DNA from: a virus
Length of the DNA stretch: 40,283 nt
Strand: one strand, 5' to 3'
IMG/VR virus record: IMGVR_UViG_3300050185_000003
Coordinates: 1-40,283 of that record
The notes below the pieces were generated by a model, which was not told the origin of the DNA, searched no databases, and saw only the letters and a list, made by a program, of their open reading frames with translations. Position numbers and translations under genes: made by a program. Shown in pieces: positions 1 to 8,499 of this stretch (within the stretch, counting starts at the first letter, position 1; every line of letters starts with the position of its first letter).

Positions 1-127
1 CACCGCGACGCCAGGAATCCACCAGAGCTGAAGTCGCGCGGGAGGGGGAGGGGACGGTCCGGCGCATGACAAAGGAAACCGCCTCCCCCGAACGCGCCAT
101 CCAGGGGCCGCTTTTCGCATAGGGGAG
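1..127. repeat. Terminal direct repeat, left copy (identical to 40157..40283); circular-closure overlap of the contig
   Basis: Read directly: bases 1-127 (caccgcgacgccagg...ttttcgcataggggag) equal the last 127 bases of the window. The repeat carries the 3' end and TAG stop (120..122) of the CDS that starts at 40036. Confidence 0.95.
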
Positions 128-132
128 GGATC

Positions 133-300
133 ATGTCGAGACACAACGGCGAGAATAGTTCGAAGCGCGGGCAGGTCGCCAAGCTCGGGCTCCACGTCAT
201 CGGCGCCCGCAAGCGCCGCAAGGTCAAGATCGACCGTCCCGTTCCCGGCTTCCGCGGCTGTACCAGGTCGCGATTCTTCGGGATGGTCTGGGGGGCGTGA
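133..300 (+). CDS. hypothetical small basic protein (55 aa, below the ORF-track cutoff)
   Basis: Hand translation MSRHNGENSSKRGQVAKLGLHVIGARKRRKVKIDRPVPGFRGCTRSRFFGMVWGA. ATG 133 follows a GGGGAGGGA Shine-Dalgarno-like run. The stop overlaps the next start (GTGATGA). Confidence 0.4.
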   Translation: MSRHNGENSSKRGQVAKLGLHVIGARKRRKVKIDRPVPGFRGCTRSRFFGMVWGA

Positions 301-479
301 TGAACCTGACCGCGCTTGCCCTGCTCCTGCTCAAAACGCTGGGCGTCCTGGCCACGTTCGGAATCGCCCTGCTCATTGTCTGCGTCATCGCCGGGGCCCG
401 CGAAGACCGCCGTATCAATCGCCTCCGCCGGGGGCATGTCAACCCCGCGCGGATCGCCCACGATTACCGCGAAGACTGA
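300..479 (+). CDS. small membrane protein (one hydrophobic helix, basic tail)
   Basis: ORF track 297..479, with ATG at 300. Hydrophobic stretch LTALALLLLKTLGVLATFGIALLIVCVIAG is followed by REDRRINRLRRGH. Confidence 0.45.
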   Translation: MNLTALALLLLKTLGVLATFGIALLIVCVIAGAREDRRINRLRRGHVNPARIAHDYRED

Positions 480-501
480 CCAACCGAAAAGGAGAGGAAC
501 C

Positions 502-1806
502 ATGTCAAAGACTTCTGAGGCGCTCGCACAACGCCCGGCAGACGCCCCCGCCAAGCTCAGGCTTTCGACGGGCGGCGTCATGAACAGCGCCGAGGAGATG
601 GCCAACGCCATCAAGGCCCTCGGCGTAAAGCACAACCTCATCGTTCCCGGCGGAGCCATCGGCGCCGACATGCCCATGCTCCACGCCGCCGCCATCTCAT
701 TCGTCTTCATCGATGCCAAGAACGAGACCTACAAGATCCCGGGCAGTGAAAAGCGGGGGATCGGCAAGAACGCCCTGGACAGGATCGCCGCGGCCGCCGG
801 CGTCCGCTGGATCCCGAGCTACTGCGGCCGCGTCGACGACGGATCCGACATGAACTTCGTCGAGTACCAGGTCTCCGGCGTCGTCCTCCAGCTGGACATG
901 ACCGAGCGCACGATCAGCGCCACCAAGCGGATCGACCTCCGGGCGGAGCGAACCTACGCCGGCAAGGTCCCGACCGACGCCGACATGGAGGGCTGGGGAG
1001 CCGACGCCCGCGAGATCGCCAGAACGGCGGCGATGGCCAAGGATCGGGACGGCAATTCGGATCCCCGTGATCCCTGGCCGCAGATCCTCGCGGCGCGCCA
1101 GCACATCCTCAGCCTGGCTGAGTCCAAGGCCAAGAACCGGGCCATCCGCAGTCTGGGCGTTCGGACCGCCTACCTCCCGGCCGAGATCGACAAAGGCTTC
1201 GCCGTGGCCAGGCTCCAGTTCACGGGCCGCAGCGATAACCCTGAGACCCAGCACGAGATCGAGATCATGATGGCCCAGCGGGCGATGTCGGCGTCGTCCA
1301 TGCTCTACGGCGGCCAGGGACCGGCTCCCGCGCGCCTGGCCCAGCCGGCCCACACGGTGCAGCGGATAGTCACGGCGCCCGAGACCGAGGCCGACGATAC
1401 CGACGTCGTCGACACAACTGCCGTCCCGCCCAAGGCGGAGCCCAAGGCCGAGGCCCCCGCGCCACGGGCGGATCAGCCCGCGGCTCCGCCGGCGGCCGCT
1501 CAGGGCCCGCGCCGGCCCGAGCACGATCCAGAGATGCCTGTCGGAAAGAGGGATCCCAAGACCGGCGAGTACCACAAGAAGAGGGCGTCGGCCATGAGCG
1601 TTGATCAGCTGACCAACCTCATCGAGTACCACGAAAGCAAGAAGCCGACCTGGAACCCGCGTTGGGCCGAGAAGAACCAGCTCGACCTCGATGCCCTCTA
1701 CGAGTGGCGGGCATTCAAGGCCTTCGACCCCAGCCAGGGAGTCCTGCCGGCGGCGGATGAGTTCGCCGATGAGCAGGGCCAGGGCGACGACGAGATCCCG
1801 TTCTGA
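502..1806 (+). CDS. recombination-module protein, possible ssDNA-binding or annealing protein, ending in an SSB-type acidic tip (GDDEIPF)
   Basis: In-frame ATG at 502 is preceded by AAAAGGAGAGGAA. The protein has a globular N-terminal part, a low-complexity linker (PPKAEPKAEAPAPRADQPAAPPAAAQGP) and the C-terminal residues DDEIPF. It lies directly upstream of the SbcD/SbcC-like genes. The family of the N-terminal domain was not recognised with certainty. Confidence 0.6.
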   Translation: MSKTSEALAQRPADAPAKLRLSTGGVMNSAEEMANAIKALGVKHNLIVPGGAIGADMPMLHAAAISFVFIDAKNETYKIPGSEKRGIGKNALDRIAAAAGVRWIPSYCGRVDDGSDMNFVEYQVSGVVLQLDMTERTISATKRIDLRAERTYAGKVPTDADMEGWGADAREIARTAAMAKDRDGNSDPRDPWPQILAARQHILSLAESKAKNRAIRSLGVRTAYLPAEIDKGFAVARLQFTGRSDNPETQHEIEIMMAQRAMSASSMLYGGQGPAPARLAQPAHTVQRIVTAPETEADDTDVVDTTAVPPKAEPKAEAPAPRADQPAAPPAAAQGPRRPEHDPEMPVGKRDPKTGEYHKKRASAMSVDQLTNLIEYHESKKPTWNPRWAEKNQLDLDALYEWRAFKAFDPSQGVLPAADEFADEQGQGDDEIPF

Positions 1807-1812
1807 GCGGCC

Positions 1813-2970
1813 ATGAAGCACCCCCGCGTTCTTCAATTAGCCGACCGACACGTCTACCTCCAGGGCCCGCGGGCGGAGGAATGCCGGCGGATCCACAGCT
1901 GGATTGCCGAGCACGTCCGCGACGCCAAGCCCGACCTCATCATCGACACCGGGGACGTGAGCGAGAAGCTCATGAGCCCGCAGGAGCGGCTGTTCCAGGT
2001 CGAGTTCCTGCGCTCGGTTTCCTCCGTCGCCCCTGTGGTCATCATCTCCGGCAACCACGATGACCGCGATGACCTCCGGCTCTTCCGCAAGGAGTACGGC
2101 TGGACGATGCCGGTCCAGATCTTCCTCGAGCCAGGGCTCATCATGGTCGGCGGCGTCGTCCTGGCGCTGCTGCCGTGGCCCGACCTGGGCCGCCTGGCCG
2201 CGGTCAGCGTGACGGACTCGATCGAGGGCCGGCGCGAGATCGCCAAGGCTGCGCTGATCGACGTCCTGCGCGGGCTGCGCGACAAGATCCCGGCAGGGGA
2301 GCCCTCGCTCCTGCTGGCCCATATGCCCGTGACCGGGGCCTCAATGGACTCTGGTCAACCCGTCAGCGGAGGCCATGAGATCGCGCTCTCTCCCGACGAG
2401 CTGCTTGAGTGCGGCGCCGCGGGAGTAGCCCTTGGGCATATCCACCTGCGGCAACAGATGGTCTCCGGCGATGGCCGGCCCGTGTTCTATGCCGGCGCTC
2501 CATTCCGCGGCGGATTCGGAGAGGCCAAGGGCACGAAGGGCGGGCTGATCTGGGGCTGGGACGGCAAGGCCTGGCAGGTCACGCCTTGGGAGATCCCCGC
2601 CCGCAGCATGGTCCTGGTCGAGACGACCTGGACGCCGCCCCAGGAAGACGCCCTGGCCCAGGATCCGGTCCCGCTGGCGGATCCCGATATCACCAAGGAC
2701 GCCGATGTCCGCGTCCGCATCACGTTCCCAGCCGAACACCGGGAGGCCATGAGGGCCGCGATGGCGCCGGCGCTTGACGCGCTGCGCGCGATCGCCAACT
2801 CCGTCAAGGTCGAGGAGACGGCCATCGTCGTCTCCAGGGCCAGGTGCTCAGAGATCCAGGCCGCGCGGACCACGATCGAGAAAGTCCAGGCCTGGGCCCA
2901 GGCCGTGGGCCAGGACGTCCCGGCCGGGGCCGAGACCAAGCTGTCCGTCATGGAAGGGGCCGCGTCATGA
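1813..2970 (+). CDS. SbcD/Mre11-like metallophosphoesterase nuclease
   Basis: Calcineurin-like phosphoesterase motifs appear in order: LADRH, DTGDV, SGNHDD, GHIH. The stop overlaps the start of the SbcC-like gene (ATGA). Confidence 0.8.
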   Translation: MKHPRVLQLADRHVYLQGPRAEECRRIHSWIAEHVRDAKPDLIIDTGDVSEKLMSPQERLFQVEFLRSVSSVAPVVIISGNHDDRDDLRLFRKEYGWTMPVQIFLEPGLIMVGGVVLALLPWPDLGRLAAVSVTDSIEGRREIAKAALIDVLRGLRDKIPAGEPSLLLAHMPVTGASMDSGQPVSGGHEIALSPDELLECGAAGVALGHIHLRQQMVSGDGRPVFYAGAPFRGGFGEAKGTKGGLIWGWDGKAWQVTPWEIPARSMVLVETTWTPPQEDALAQDPVPLADPDITKDADVRVRITFPAEHREAMRAAMAPALDALRAIANSVKVEETAIVVSRARCSEIQAARTTIEKVQAWAQAVGQDVPAGAETKLSVMEGAAS

Positions 2971-5183
2971 GGATCGACAGGTTAACCATCAAGGGCCTCA
3001 CCACCTATCGGGACGAGCAGGTCCTTGATCTGGCCGCGATCGGGGCCGGCGTCATCGCCGTCTCTGGTCCCAACGGCTCCGGCAAGACCACCCTCCTCGA
3101 GGCTGTACCCGGGGCGATCTATCGCCAGACCCCAAGCCGCGGCTCAATCGCCACCCTGGCCACGGACCGGGACGCGAGGATCGAGCTCGAGGGTGAGAAC
3201 GGGGCTCCGTTCCGGATCCGGCTTGACGTCGACTCCCACACCGGCCGACAGGAAGCGGTCATCTGCGACGGCGCCGGAGAGCCCCTGGCCGGGCCAAAGG
3301 TTAAGGACTTTGATGCCTACATCGCCCAACACCTGATTCCCATTGACGTCTATCTGGCCTCGTATTTCGCCAGCCAGACCGGCGCCGGCAGCCTGTTCAA
3401 GATGTCGCGCTCCGACCGCCGGTCTCTGTTCGGCCGGCTCCTGGGCCTCGAGCGCCTGGAGCAGCTGGCGGGCCAGGCCCGAGACCGCTCCCGCGCGACC
3501 GAATCCGAGATGGCCGCCGCCCGCGCGGCCTTGGACGCGATCGCCAGTCAGGCCGAGGACGTGGCCAAGCTCGAGCAGAATCTGTCCTCAGCCAGGGCCA
3601 ACGCCGCCACAGCCAAGGCCCAGCAGGAAGAGACACAGGCCCAGCTCGACCAAGCCATCAAGGTCCGGTCTGATCTCGAGGCTGCTGCGGCCGAGGTGCA
3701 GCGGGCCAGGAAAACGGCCCAGGAGGCCCGCTGGAGGGCCGATCAGGCCGGCCAGGACCTTGGCAAGGTTCGGCGCGAGCTCGACGCCCTGGCCGTGGTC
3801 CTGGGCCAGGCCGAGGCCATCCGCAAGGTCACCGCGGATATCCACGCCACAGAGGCCGAGCTCGAGCAGATCCGGGCCCGGGGAGAGGCCGCGGCAGCTG
3901 AAGAGCGTGCGGCCAAGGACACGGCGACTGAGGCTGCGAGAAAGCTGCAGGAGGCCAAGACGATCGAGGCCGAGGCGTTGCGCAACCTCAAGGATCTGCA
4001 TCAGGCTGACGTCGACTGGAAAGCCAGGCTCGAGCGGGCCCGCAAGGCCACGGCTTCCGTGCCCTGTTCCGGATCCCTAGACGACGCCACCCGCGCCAGC
4101 TGCTCGGCCCTGGTCGGGCACTTCAAAACCATCCAGGAAGCCGAGGCCGCGATCACTGACGTCGGGAACAAGATCATCAAAGCCAACACGCGGCACGCCG
4201 ATAGCATGACCGACCGCGGTTGCTTCGAAGGCGAAGCCTCAGAGGCCCAACGATTGGCCCTTAAAGCAACGTCTGCAGCCGAGGCCGTCCGCGCCGACTA
4301 CGGCAAGGCTGCGAAGCAGCTGCAGGCGCTGCGCACACAGGATCGGACCTCCGACCTCACAGCAGCCGAGGCTCGGTCCGCCGTCATCAAGGACAGGATC
4401 CGCGACCTCGAGGCCAAGGCGGCCGCCGCGGCTGACGAAGCCGCGAAGACGGAACGGGCTATTCCCACGGTCGACGAGTCCGCCAAGGCCAGGTCCGAGA
4501 AGGACGTCCGCGACCTGACCGATTCCGTCGCCGCCATGAGGCGCTACTACGAGGAAGACTCAGCTAAGGCCGTCCGCATCGAGACCACGCTAACGGCCGC
4601 GATCAAGTCCCAGGCCAAGGCCGAGGCGCTGCGAGAGAAGCTGGCGCCGCTCGAACGCGACCTCGCCGACTACCGCTGGCTGGGCCGGGCCCTTGGCCGC
4701 GAAGGCGTCCAGGCCCTCGAGCTCGATGCCGCCGGGCCGCGCGTCGCCACCCTAGCCAACGAGCTCCTGGCCGACGCCTACGGCTCCAGGTTCCAGATCC
4801 GGTTCGAGACCCAGGCTGCTCTGGCCTCAGGCAAGGGCGTCAAGGAAACCTTCGACATCGTCGTCTGCGATTCCGAACGCGGGCGCGAAGGCGACGGCGA
4901 GGACCTAAGCGGCGGCGAGAAGGTCATCGTCGGCGAGGCCCTGGGCTTGGCCGTGGGTCTCTTCCACGCCCAGAGCGCCGGCGCCAACCTCGGCACGGTC
5001 ATCCGCGATGAGACGGTCGGGGCCCTGGATCCGGAGAACGGCCAGCGCTACATGTCGATGTTGAGGGCGTTCCTTCGCGTCGGCCACGTCCACCAGCTGC
5101 TCATGGTCTCACACGCACCGGCGATCACAGCGCTTGCCGACCGCGTCGTCAACGTCGACAACGGCAAGATCAGGGTCAACTGA
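2967..5183 (+). CDS. SbcC/Rad50-like SMC-type ATPase
   Basis: From the internal ATG at 2967 the protein reads MRIDRLTIKGL.. with Walker A GPNGSGKTTLLEA. A roughly 450-aa Ala/Glu/Arg-rich coiled coil follows, then signature LSGGEKV, Walker B/D-loop VIRDETVGALD and an MVSHA H-loop. The upstream part of the 2844 ORF is Gly/Arg junk overlapping the previous gene. Confidence 0.85.
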   Translation: MRIDRLTIKGLTTYRDEQVLDLAAIGAGVIAVSGPNGSGKTTLLEAVPGAIYRQTPSRGSIATLATDRDARIELEGENGAPFRIRLDVDSHTGRQEAVICDGAGEPLAGPKVKDFDAYIAQHLIPIDVYLASYFASQTGAGSLFKMSRSDRRSLFGRLLGLERLEQLAGQARDRSRATESEMAAARAALDAIASQAEDVAKLEQNLSSARANAATAKAQQEETQAQLDQAIKVRSDLEAAAAEVQRARKTAQEARWRADQAGQDLGKVRRELDALAVVLGQAEAIRKVTADIHATEAELEQIRARGEAAAAEERAAKDTATEAARKLQEAKTIEAEALRNLKDLHQADVDWKARLERARKATASVPCSGSLDDATRASCSALVGHFKTIQEAEAAITDVGNKIIKANTRHADSMTDRGCFEGEASEAQRLALKATSAAEAVRADYGKAAKQLQALRTQDRTSDLTAAEARSAVIKDRIRDLEAKAAAAADEAAKTERAIPTVDESAKARSEKDVRDLTDSVAAMRRYYEEDSAKAVRIETTLTAAIKSQAKAEALREKLAPLERDLADYRWLGRALGREGVQALELDAAGPRVATLANELLADAYGSRFQIRFETQAALASGKGVKETFDIVVCDSERGREGDGEDLSGGEKVIVGEALGLAVGLFHAQSAGANLGTVIRDETVGALDPENGQRYMSMLRAFLRVGHVHQLLMVSHAPAITALADRVVNVDNGKIRVN

Positions 5184-5298
5184 ACATGTTCTTCCCAGCC
5201 GGCCGGGCCAGCGTCTCATCCAAGGCGCAGCGGTGCTCCCCCTTCCTTCACCGCGGCCCGGCCGGACTCTTCCTCCACTGCCAGGAAAGGAAAAAACC

Positions 5299-6111
5299 AT
5301 GCCGAGGTCTCGAATGATTAAGCCTGAATTCTGGGACGACGAGAAGCTCGCGAGAGTCTCGCGAGAGTCTCGGTTGCTCTTCGCCGGGCTCTGGACATAC
5401 TCGGACGACTTCGGTGTCGTCAAGGGAAATCTCGGCTGGCTGCAATCCAAGATATTCCCCTACGATCGGGACATCAAAGCCGCCAAGTTCACGGCCTGGA
5501 TCGAAGGCCTGGAGTCCAACGGATTCATCATTCCGTTCGATTCAGACGGCGAAAAATACTTCTATATCAAGAATTTTCATAGGCATCAGAACGTCGATCA
5601 TCCGTCGAAACAAAGAAACCCCGAGCCCCCTGTCGGCATCCTCTCGCGAGACAATCGCGAGCCCTCGCGAACCCCTCGCGTTGAAACAGAATCTGAATCT
5701 GAAACAGAAACTGAAACAGAAACTGAAACCGAAACTGAAACAACAAGTCCCGACTCTCGGCTTCCGGCCAAGGCGCCGGACGCCGTCGACGTGCATCTGA
5801 CCCAGCTGCTCATCGACCTGATCCTCAAGAACAATCCCGAGTCATCGATCATCAAGCGCCTGACGCCCAAGCGCCAGGCCGACTGGATCAACCAGGTTCG
5901 CCTTATGCGCGTCTCCGATGGCCGGACGCCAAGGCAGATCGAGGCCATCATTCGCTTCTCCCAAGCCGATAAATTCTGGCGGGCCAACATCCTCTCGACG
6001 CCGAAGCTGAGGGAGAAATGGGACACCCTGGTCATGCAGGCCCGCCGAGGAGACAAGCTCGACGGAGTCCGCGACTGGCTCAACGAATCTCCGAAGGAGA
6101 AAAACCCATGA
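5299..6111 (+). CDS. putative replication initiation/organiser protein (N-terminal MIKPEFWDDEKL..LLFAGLWTYSDDFG region)
   Basis: ATG 5299 follows AGGAAAGGAAAAAACC. The N-terminal pattern is remembered from phage replication-organiser-like proteins. The central ETESESETETETETETETETT stretch is encoded by a hexamer repeat. Confidence 0.45.
   Translation: MPRSRMIKPEFWDDEKLARVSRESRLLFAGLWTYSDDFGVVKGNLGWLQSKIFPYDRDIKAAKFTAWIEGLESNGFIIPFDSDGEKYFYIKNFHRHQNVDHPSKQRNPEPPVGILSRDNREPSRTPRVETESESETETETETETETETTSPDSRLPAKAPDAVDVHLTQLLIDLILKNNPESSIIKRLTPKRQADWINQVRLMRVSDGRTPRQIEAIIRFSQADKFWRANILSTPKLREKWDTLVMQARRGDKLDGVRDWLNESPKEKNP
5347..5373. repeat. tandem 11-mer ctcgcgagagt x2.4 containing the 10-bp palindrome TCTCGCGAGA
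   Basis: Read directly: ctcgcgagagt ctcgcgagagt ctcgg. Four related TCGCGA-core copies occur again at about 5639..5680 (ctctcgcgagacaatcgcgagccctcgcgaacccctcgcg). Confidence 0.85.
5683..5742. repeat. ten tandem GAAWCW hexamers (AT-rich microsatellite inside the replication gene)
   Basis: Read directly: gaaaca gaatct gaatct gaaaca gaaact gaaaca gaaact gaaacc gaaact gaaaca. Confidence 0.9.
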
Positions 6112-6647
6112 CGCCCGAGGATAAGCCGCGCTTTGCGGCGCTGATGTCGAACCTGGGGCTGGTCTTTAACCGCACGCTGTCCAGGGAATTCCTGACCATC
6201 TACTTCGACGTCCTGTCCGACGTGACGATCGAAGCCATGGAAGAGGCGGCGAAGACGATCATCCGGACCAGGCCTCGCGGATACTTCCCCATGCCGGCCG
6301 AGATCCGAAACGAAGCACTCGGAATCTCGACGCCGAATCTTTGGGGTGACGCCGAGGCGGCCTGGGCCTACGCCATGCAATTCATCGACGGCCCCTACTT
6401 CGCCTGGCTGGATTCTGATATGCGGCTGGCCCAGCCCCGGGCTGACGTGGATGTCATCATCCGCGGGACCTATCGGACCTGGACGGCGTTCATGGAGGCG
6501 ATGGAGGCCGGCGAAATCCGGCATATGAAGCGCGACTTCTGTGAGTCCTACGTCCGCCGGCGCCAAGCCAAGATCGCCGCGCAGCTGGAGGAAGGCCAGG
6601 GCGGCCACGAGATAGCGCTTCTCGGGCCGGAGCAGGAGCGGCCATGA
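6108..6647 (+). CDS. hypothetical protein (replication module)
   Basis: The ATG at 6108 overlaps the previous stop (ATGA). Protein MTPEDKPRFAALMSNLGLVFNRTLSREFLTIYFDVLSD.. has ordinary composition. No family was recognised. Confidence 0.6.
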   Translation: MTPEDKPRFAALMSNLGLVFNRTLSREFLTIYFDVLSDVTIEAMEEAAKTIIRTRPRGYFPMPAEIRNEALGISTPNLWGDAEAAWAYAMQFIDGPYFAWLDSDMRLAQPRADVDVIIRGTYRTWTAFMEAMEAGEIRHMKRDFCESYVRRRQAKIAAQLEEGQGGHEIALLGPEQERP

Positions 6648-7222
6648 AGCGCATAAAAGCCGGAGCGTCGATCCCCGTCATCGCAGCCGTGGCCGCGCTC
6701 ATCATTGGCTTGATTTCCCTGGCCTATCTGGAGACCAGGGCCACACTCGCAGGTAAGCGTGCCGCCGCCGCCCAAGAGAATACCGAGGCCCAGGTCAAGA
6801 TCATGCGCCATGTCCAGAGCGAGCGCCAGGCCGGCGCGATGGTGGCCAGGATCCGTCGCCTGAGCCGAGGCCTGATCCGTCAGGCCCAGGCCGTCGAGAT
6901 CGTCCGGATTCTGCGGGCCAAGTGCGATGAGTCGATCAAGGTCGAGACCATCATGCGGATGATCACCCGGGAAAGCGGCTGGGATCCCCAGGCGCGCGGC
7001 AGGCACGGCGAGGTCGGGCTGCTGCAGCTCAAGCCGACTACGGCGCGGTTGCCGGCACACGTCCTCACGGACCCAGCGCGGAACATAGAAGCCGGGATCA
7101 ATCATTTGCGGGACTTGGTCGAGCAGACCGGGAGCCTGCCCTTGGCCCTGGCCGCCTATAACGGCGGGCTCTACGCGGGGCCGATCCGATACGCCAGGGC
7201 CGTGATAGGAGAACGACCATGA
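6644..7222 (+). CDS. membrane-anchored lytic transglycosylase (SLT domain)
   Basis: N-terminal hydrophobic segment IPVIAAVAALIIGLISLAYL. SLT motifs are RESGWDPQARG (catalytic ES), GLLQLKPTTA and AAYNGG. Confidence 0.8.
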   Translation: MKRIKAGASIPVIAAVAALIIGLISLAYLETRATLAGKRAAAAQENTEAQVKIMRHVQSERQAGAMVARIRRLSRGLIRQAQAVEIVRILRAKCDESIKVETIMRMITRESGWDPQARGRHGEVGLLQLKPTTARLPAHVLTDPARNIEAGINHLRDLVEQTGSLPLALAAYNGGLYAGPIRYARAVIGERP

Positions 7223-7593
7223 CCGCCGAGAGAATCCACTTTCTCAACGCCATGCACGGCATCCTCAAGGCCAACGCCAGGGGACGGGCCTGCGCGATGG
7301 TCCGGTCCGAGCTGGAGCGGCGCCTGCTCCACATGGGATACGGCCTCACCGATCGCAAGTACCGCGAGGGCTATGCCGCGCTACCGATCTGCAGCTGCGA
7401 GGACGGGCTCTATGTGCCGACATGCGGCATGGATCTGAAGATGGTCCGGGAGTATTGGCGGCCGAAGATGGGGCCTGCGCTCCTGGAGGCGAAGATGGAG
7501 CGGCTGCGGCTGGCCTATCCGGAGTTCGCCGAAGAAGCGAGACAGCCGGGGCTATTCGACGCCGCGCAGATGAGCATGGGGGCCACGTTATGA
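7219..7593 (+). CDS. hypothetical protein
   Basis: ORF track entry. The start overlaps the previous stop, with GGAGA upstream. No family was recognised. Confidence 0.55.
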   Translation: MTAERIHFLNAMHGILKANARGRACAMVRSELERRLLHMGYGLTDRKYREGYAALPICSCEDGLYVPTCGMDLKMVREYWRPKMGPALLEAKMERLRLAYPEFAEEARQPGLFDAAQMSMGATL

Positions 7594-8063
7594 CCAGCCC
7601 CGCCGTCCTCGGCATGGAGCCGCGCATGGGAGAGGCGAGAGAGGGCGAGCTGATCCAATTCGTCGTCCCCGGCCAGCCCGTAGCCAAGGCCCGCGCCCGG
7701 ACGTTCGCTCACAAGCAGAGCGGGCGGATCGTGAGCATGACGCCGGAGCGGACGCGAAAGTACGAGGTCGAGGTCCGGCGGGCGTTCTTCGCCGCCTACC
7801 CCGGCTTCAAACCGTTCGGCCCGCGTGTCCCGGTCATGTGCCACGTTCATGCCATGTTCAAGGCCCCGGCGAAGCTGCCGCCGGAGATGTTGGCCCGCCC
7901 CATCTGCTCGCAGTATTCGGATTGGGACAACATCGGCAAGATCGTTTCGGATTCGCTCAACGGTATCGCCTGGGCCGATGACCGGCAGATCGCCGACGGC
8001 CAGACGCTGAAGTATTACAGCCGCGACCCCCGCGTCATCGTCGAGATTCGGAGGCTGGGATGA
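7590..8063 (+). CDS. rusA: RusA-family Holliday-junction resolvase
   Basis: From ATG 7590 (ATGA overlap) the protein has VVPGQPVAKARAR.. and the RusA hallmark YSDWDNIGKIVSDSLNGIAWADDRQI. The start could instead be an internal Met a few codons downstream. Confidence 0.8.
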   Translation: MTSPAVLGMEPRMGEAREGELIQFVVPGQPVAKARARTFAHKQSGRIVSMTPERTRKYEVEVRRAFFAAYPGFKPFGPRVPVMCHVHAMFKAPAKLPPEMLARPICSQYSDWDNIGKIVSDSLNGIAWADDRQIADGQTLKYYSRDPRVIVEIRRLG

Positions 8064-8248
8064 CCGCCCCAATATCTGACGGCAACGGAAGGCTCCTGTT
8101 GACCATTCGGGTTTATGAAAGGGCCACAGACCTAAAGGTGCATCGAAGCATGAACGAGAGGATTGCCGGGCGAGCAATCATGGCCGTGGTTCACGAGCTT
8201 GGCATCCTGACGCACTCCATGTTGGAGAAAATGGGGGCGCTTAAGTGA
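8060..8248 (+). CDS. hypothetical small protein
   Basis: ORF track entry with an ATGA overlap with rusA. G+C is slightly lower here than in flanking sequence. Confidence 0.45.
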   Translation: MTAPISDGNGRLLLTIRVYERATDLKVHRSMNERIAGRAIMAVVHELGILTHSMLEKMGALK

Positions 8249-8499
8249 CCGCCCCGCTCTACGAAATCAATTCATTCCAGGACATCATCGACAAGATCCC
8301 CCCGCACCGCGTTCCGATTTTCCTGTCAGAGTTTTGCTCGATGATGCTCCACGCCAGCGCTGTTAAAGCCGCCGTGAAAATTGGATCGAAGATTCGCCTT
8401 CCTCTGGTTTGGAAGGACGACGGATTAGGGAACTTAAAAAGCACCTTTCTCGATATGGATGGAAAGGCGGTTTTCTCTATCGAGGAACGTCCCCGATGA
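8245..8499 (+). CDS. hypothetical protein
   Basis: ORF track entry. The GTG start overlaps the previous stop. Two lines counted by hand gave 52-55% G+C. Confidence 0.5.
   Translation: MTAPLYEINSFQDIIDKIPPHRVPIFLSEFCSMMLHASAVKAAVKIGSKIRLPLVWKDDGLGNLKSTFLDMDGKAVFSIEERPR

Noticed and set aside
1-127. Terminal repeat as a biological DTR or packaging terminus
   Set aside because: This is not excluded. However, the repeat lies inside a CDS and is exactly 127 bp, which fits an assembler k-mer overlap of a circular path better.
697-1836. 379-aa ORF on the minus strand
   Set aside because: It is fully antisense to the well-supported 502..1806 gene. Its Arg/Gly/Leu/Asp-rich composition is typical of shadow ORFs in high-GC DNA, and it has no SD. 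The same reasoning applies to 1837..2322 and 2487..2951.
2844-2966. Long N-terminal extensions offered by the ORF track (2844 for sbcC-like, 316 for the first large gene, 5134, 6018, 7422, 8459, 9171, 17984, 22282, 25467, 33414, 39021)
   Set aside because: The extensions overlap the preceding genes, are Arg/Pro/Gly-rich and lack SD sequences. Internal starts with an SD or ATGA/GTGA coupling give proteins that begin at recognisable family N-termini.
5683-5742. Hexamer array considered as a CRISPR or other spacer-repeat structure
   Set aside because: The units are contiguous 6-mers with no spacers and lie in frame inside a CDS. This is a microsatellite or iteron-like tract, not a CRISPR array.
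5598-6608. 336-aa minus-strand ORF
   Set aside because: It is antisense to two coupled + strand genes and reads the hexamer repeat as (VS)n. There is no start context.
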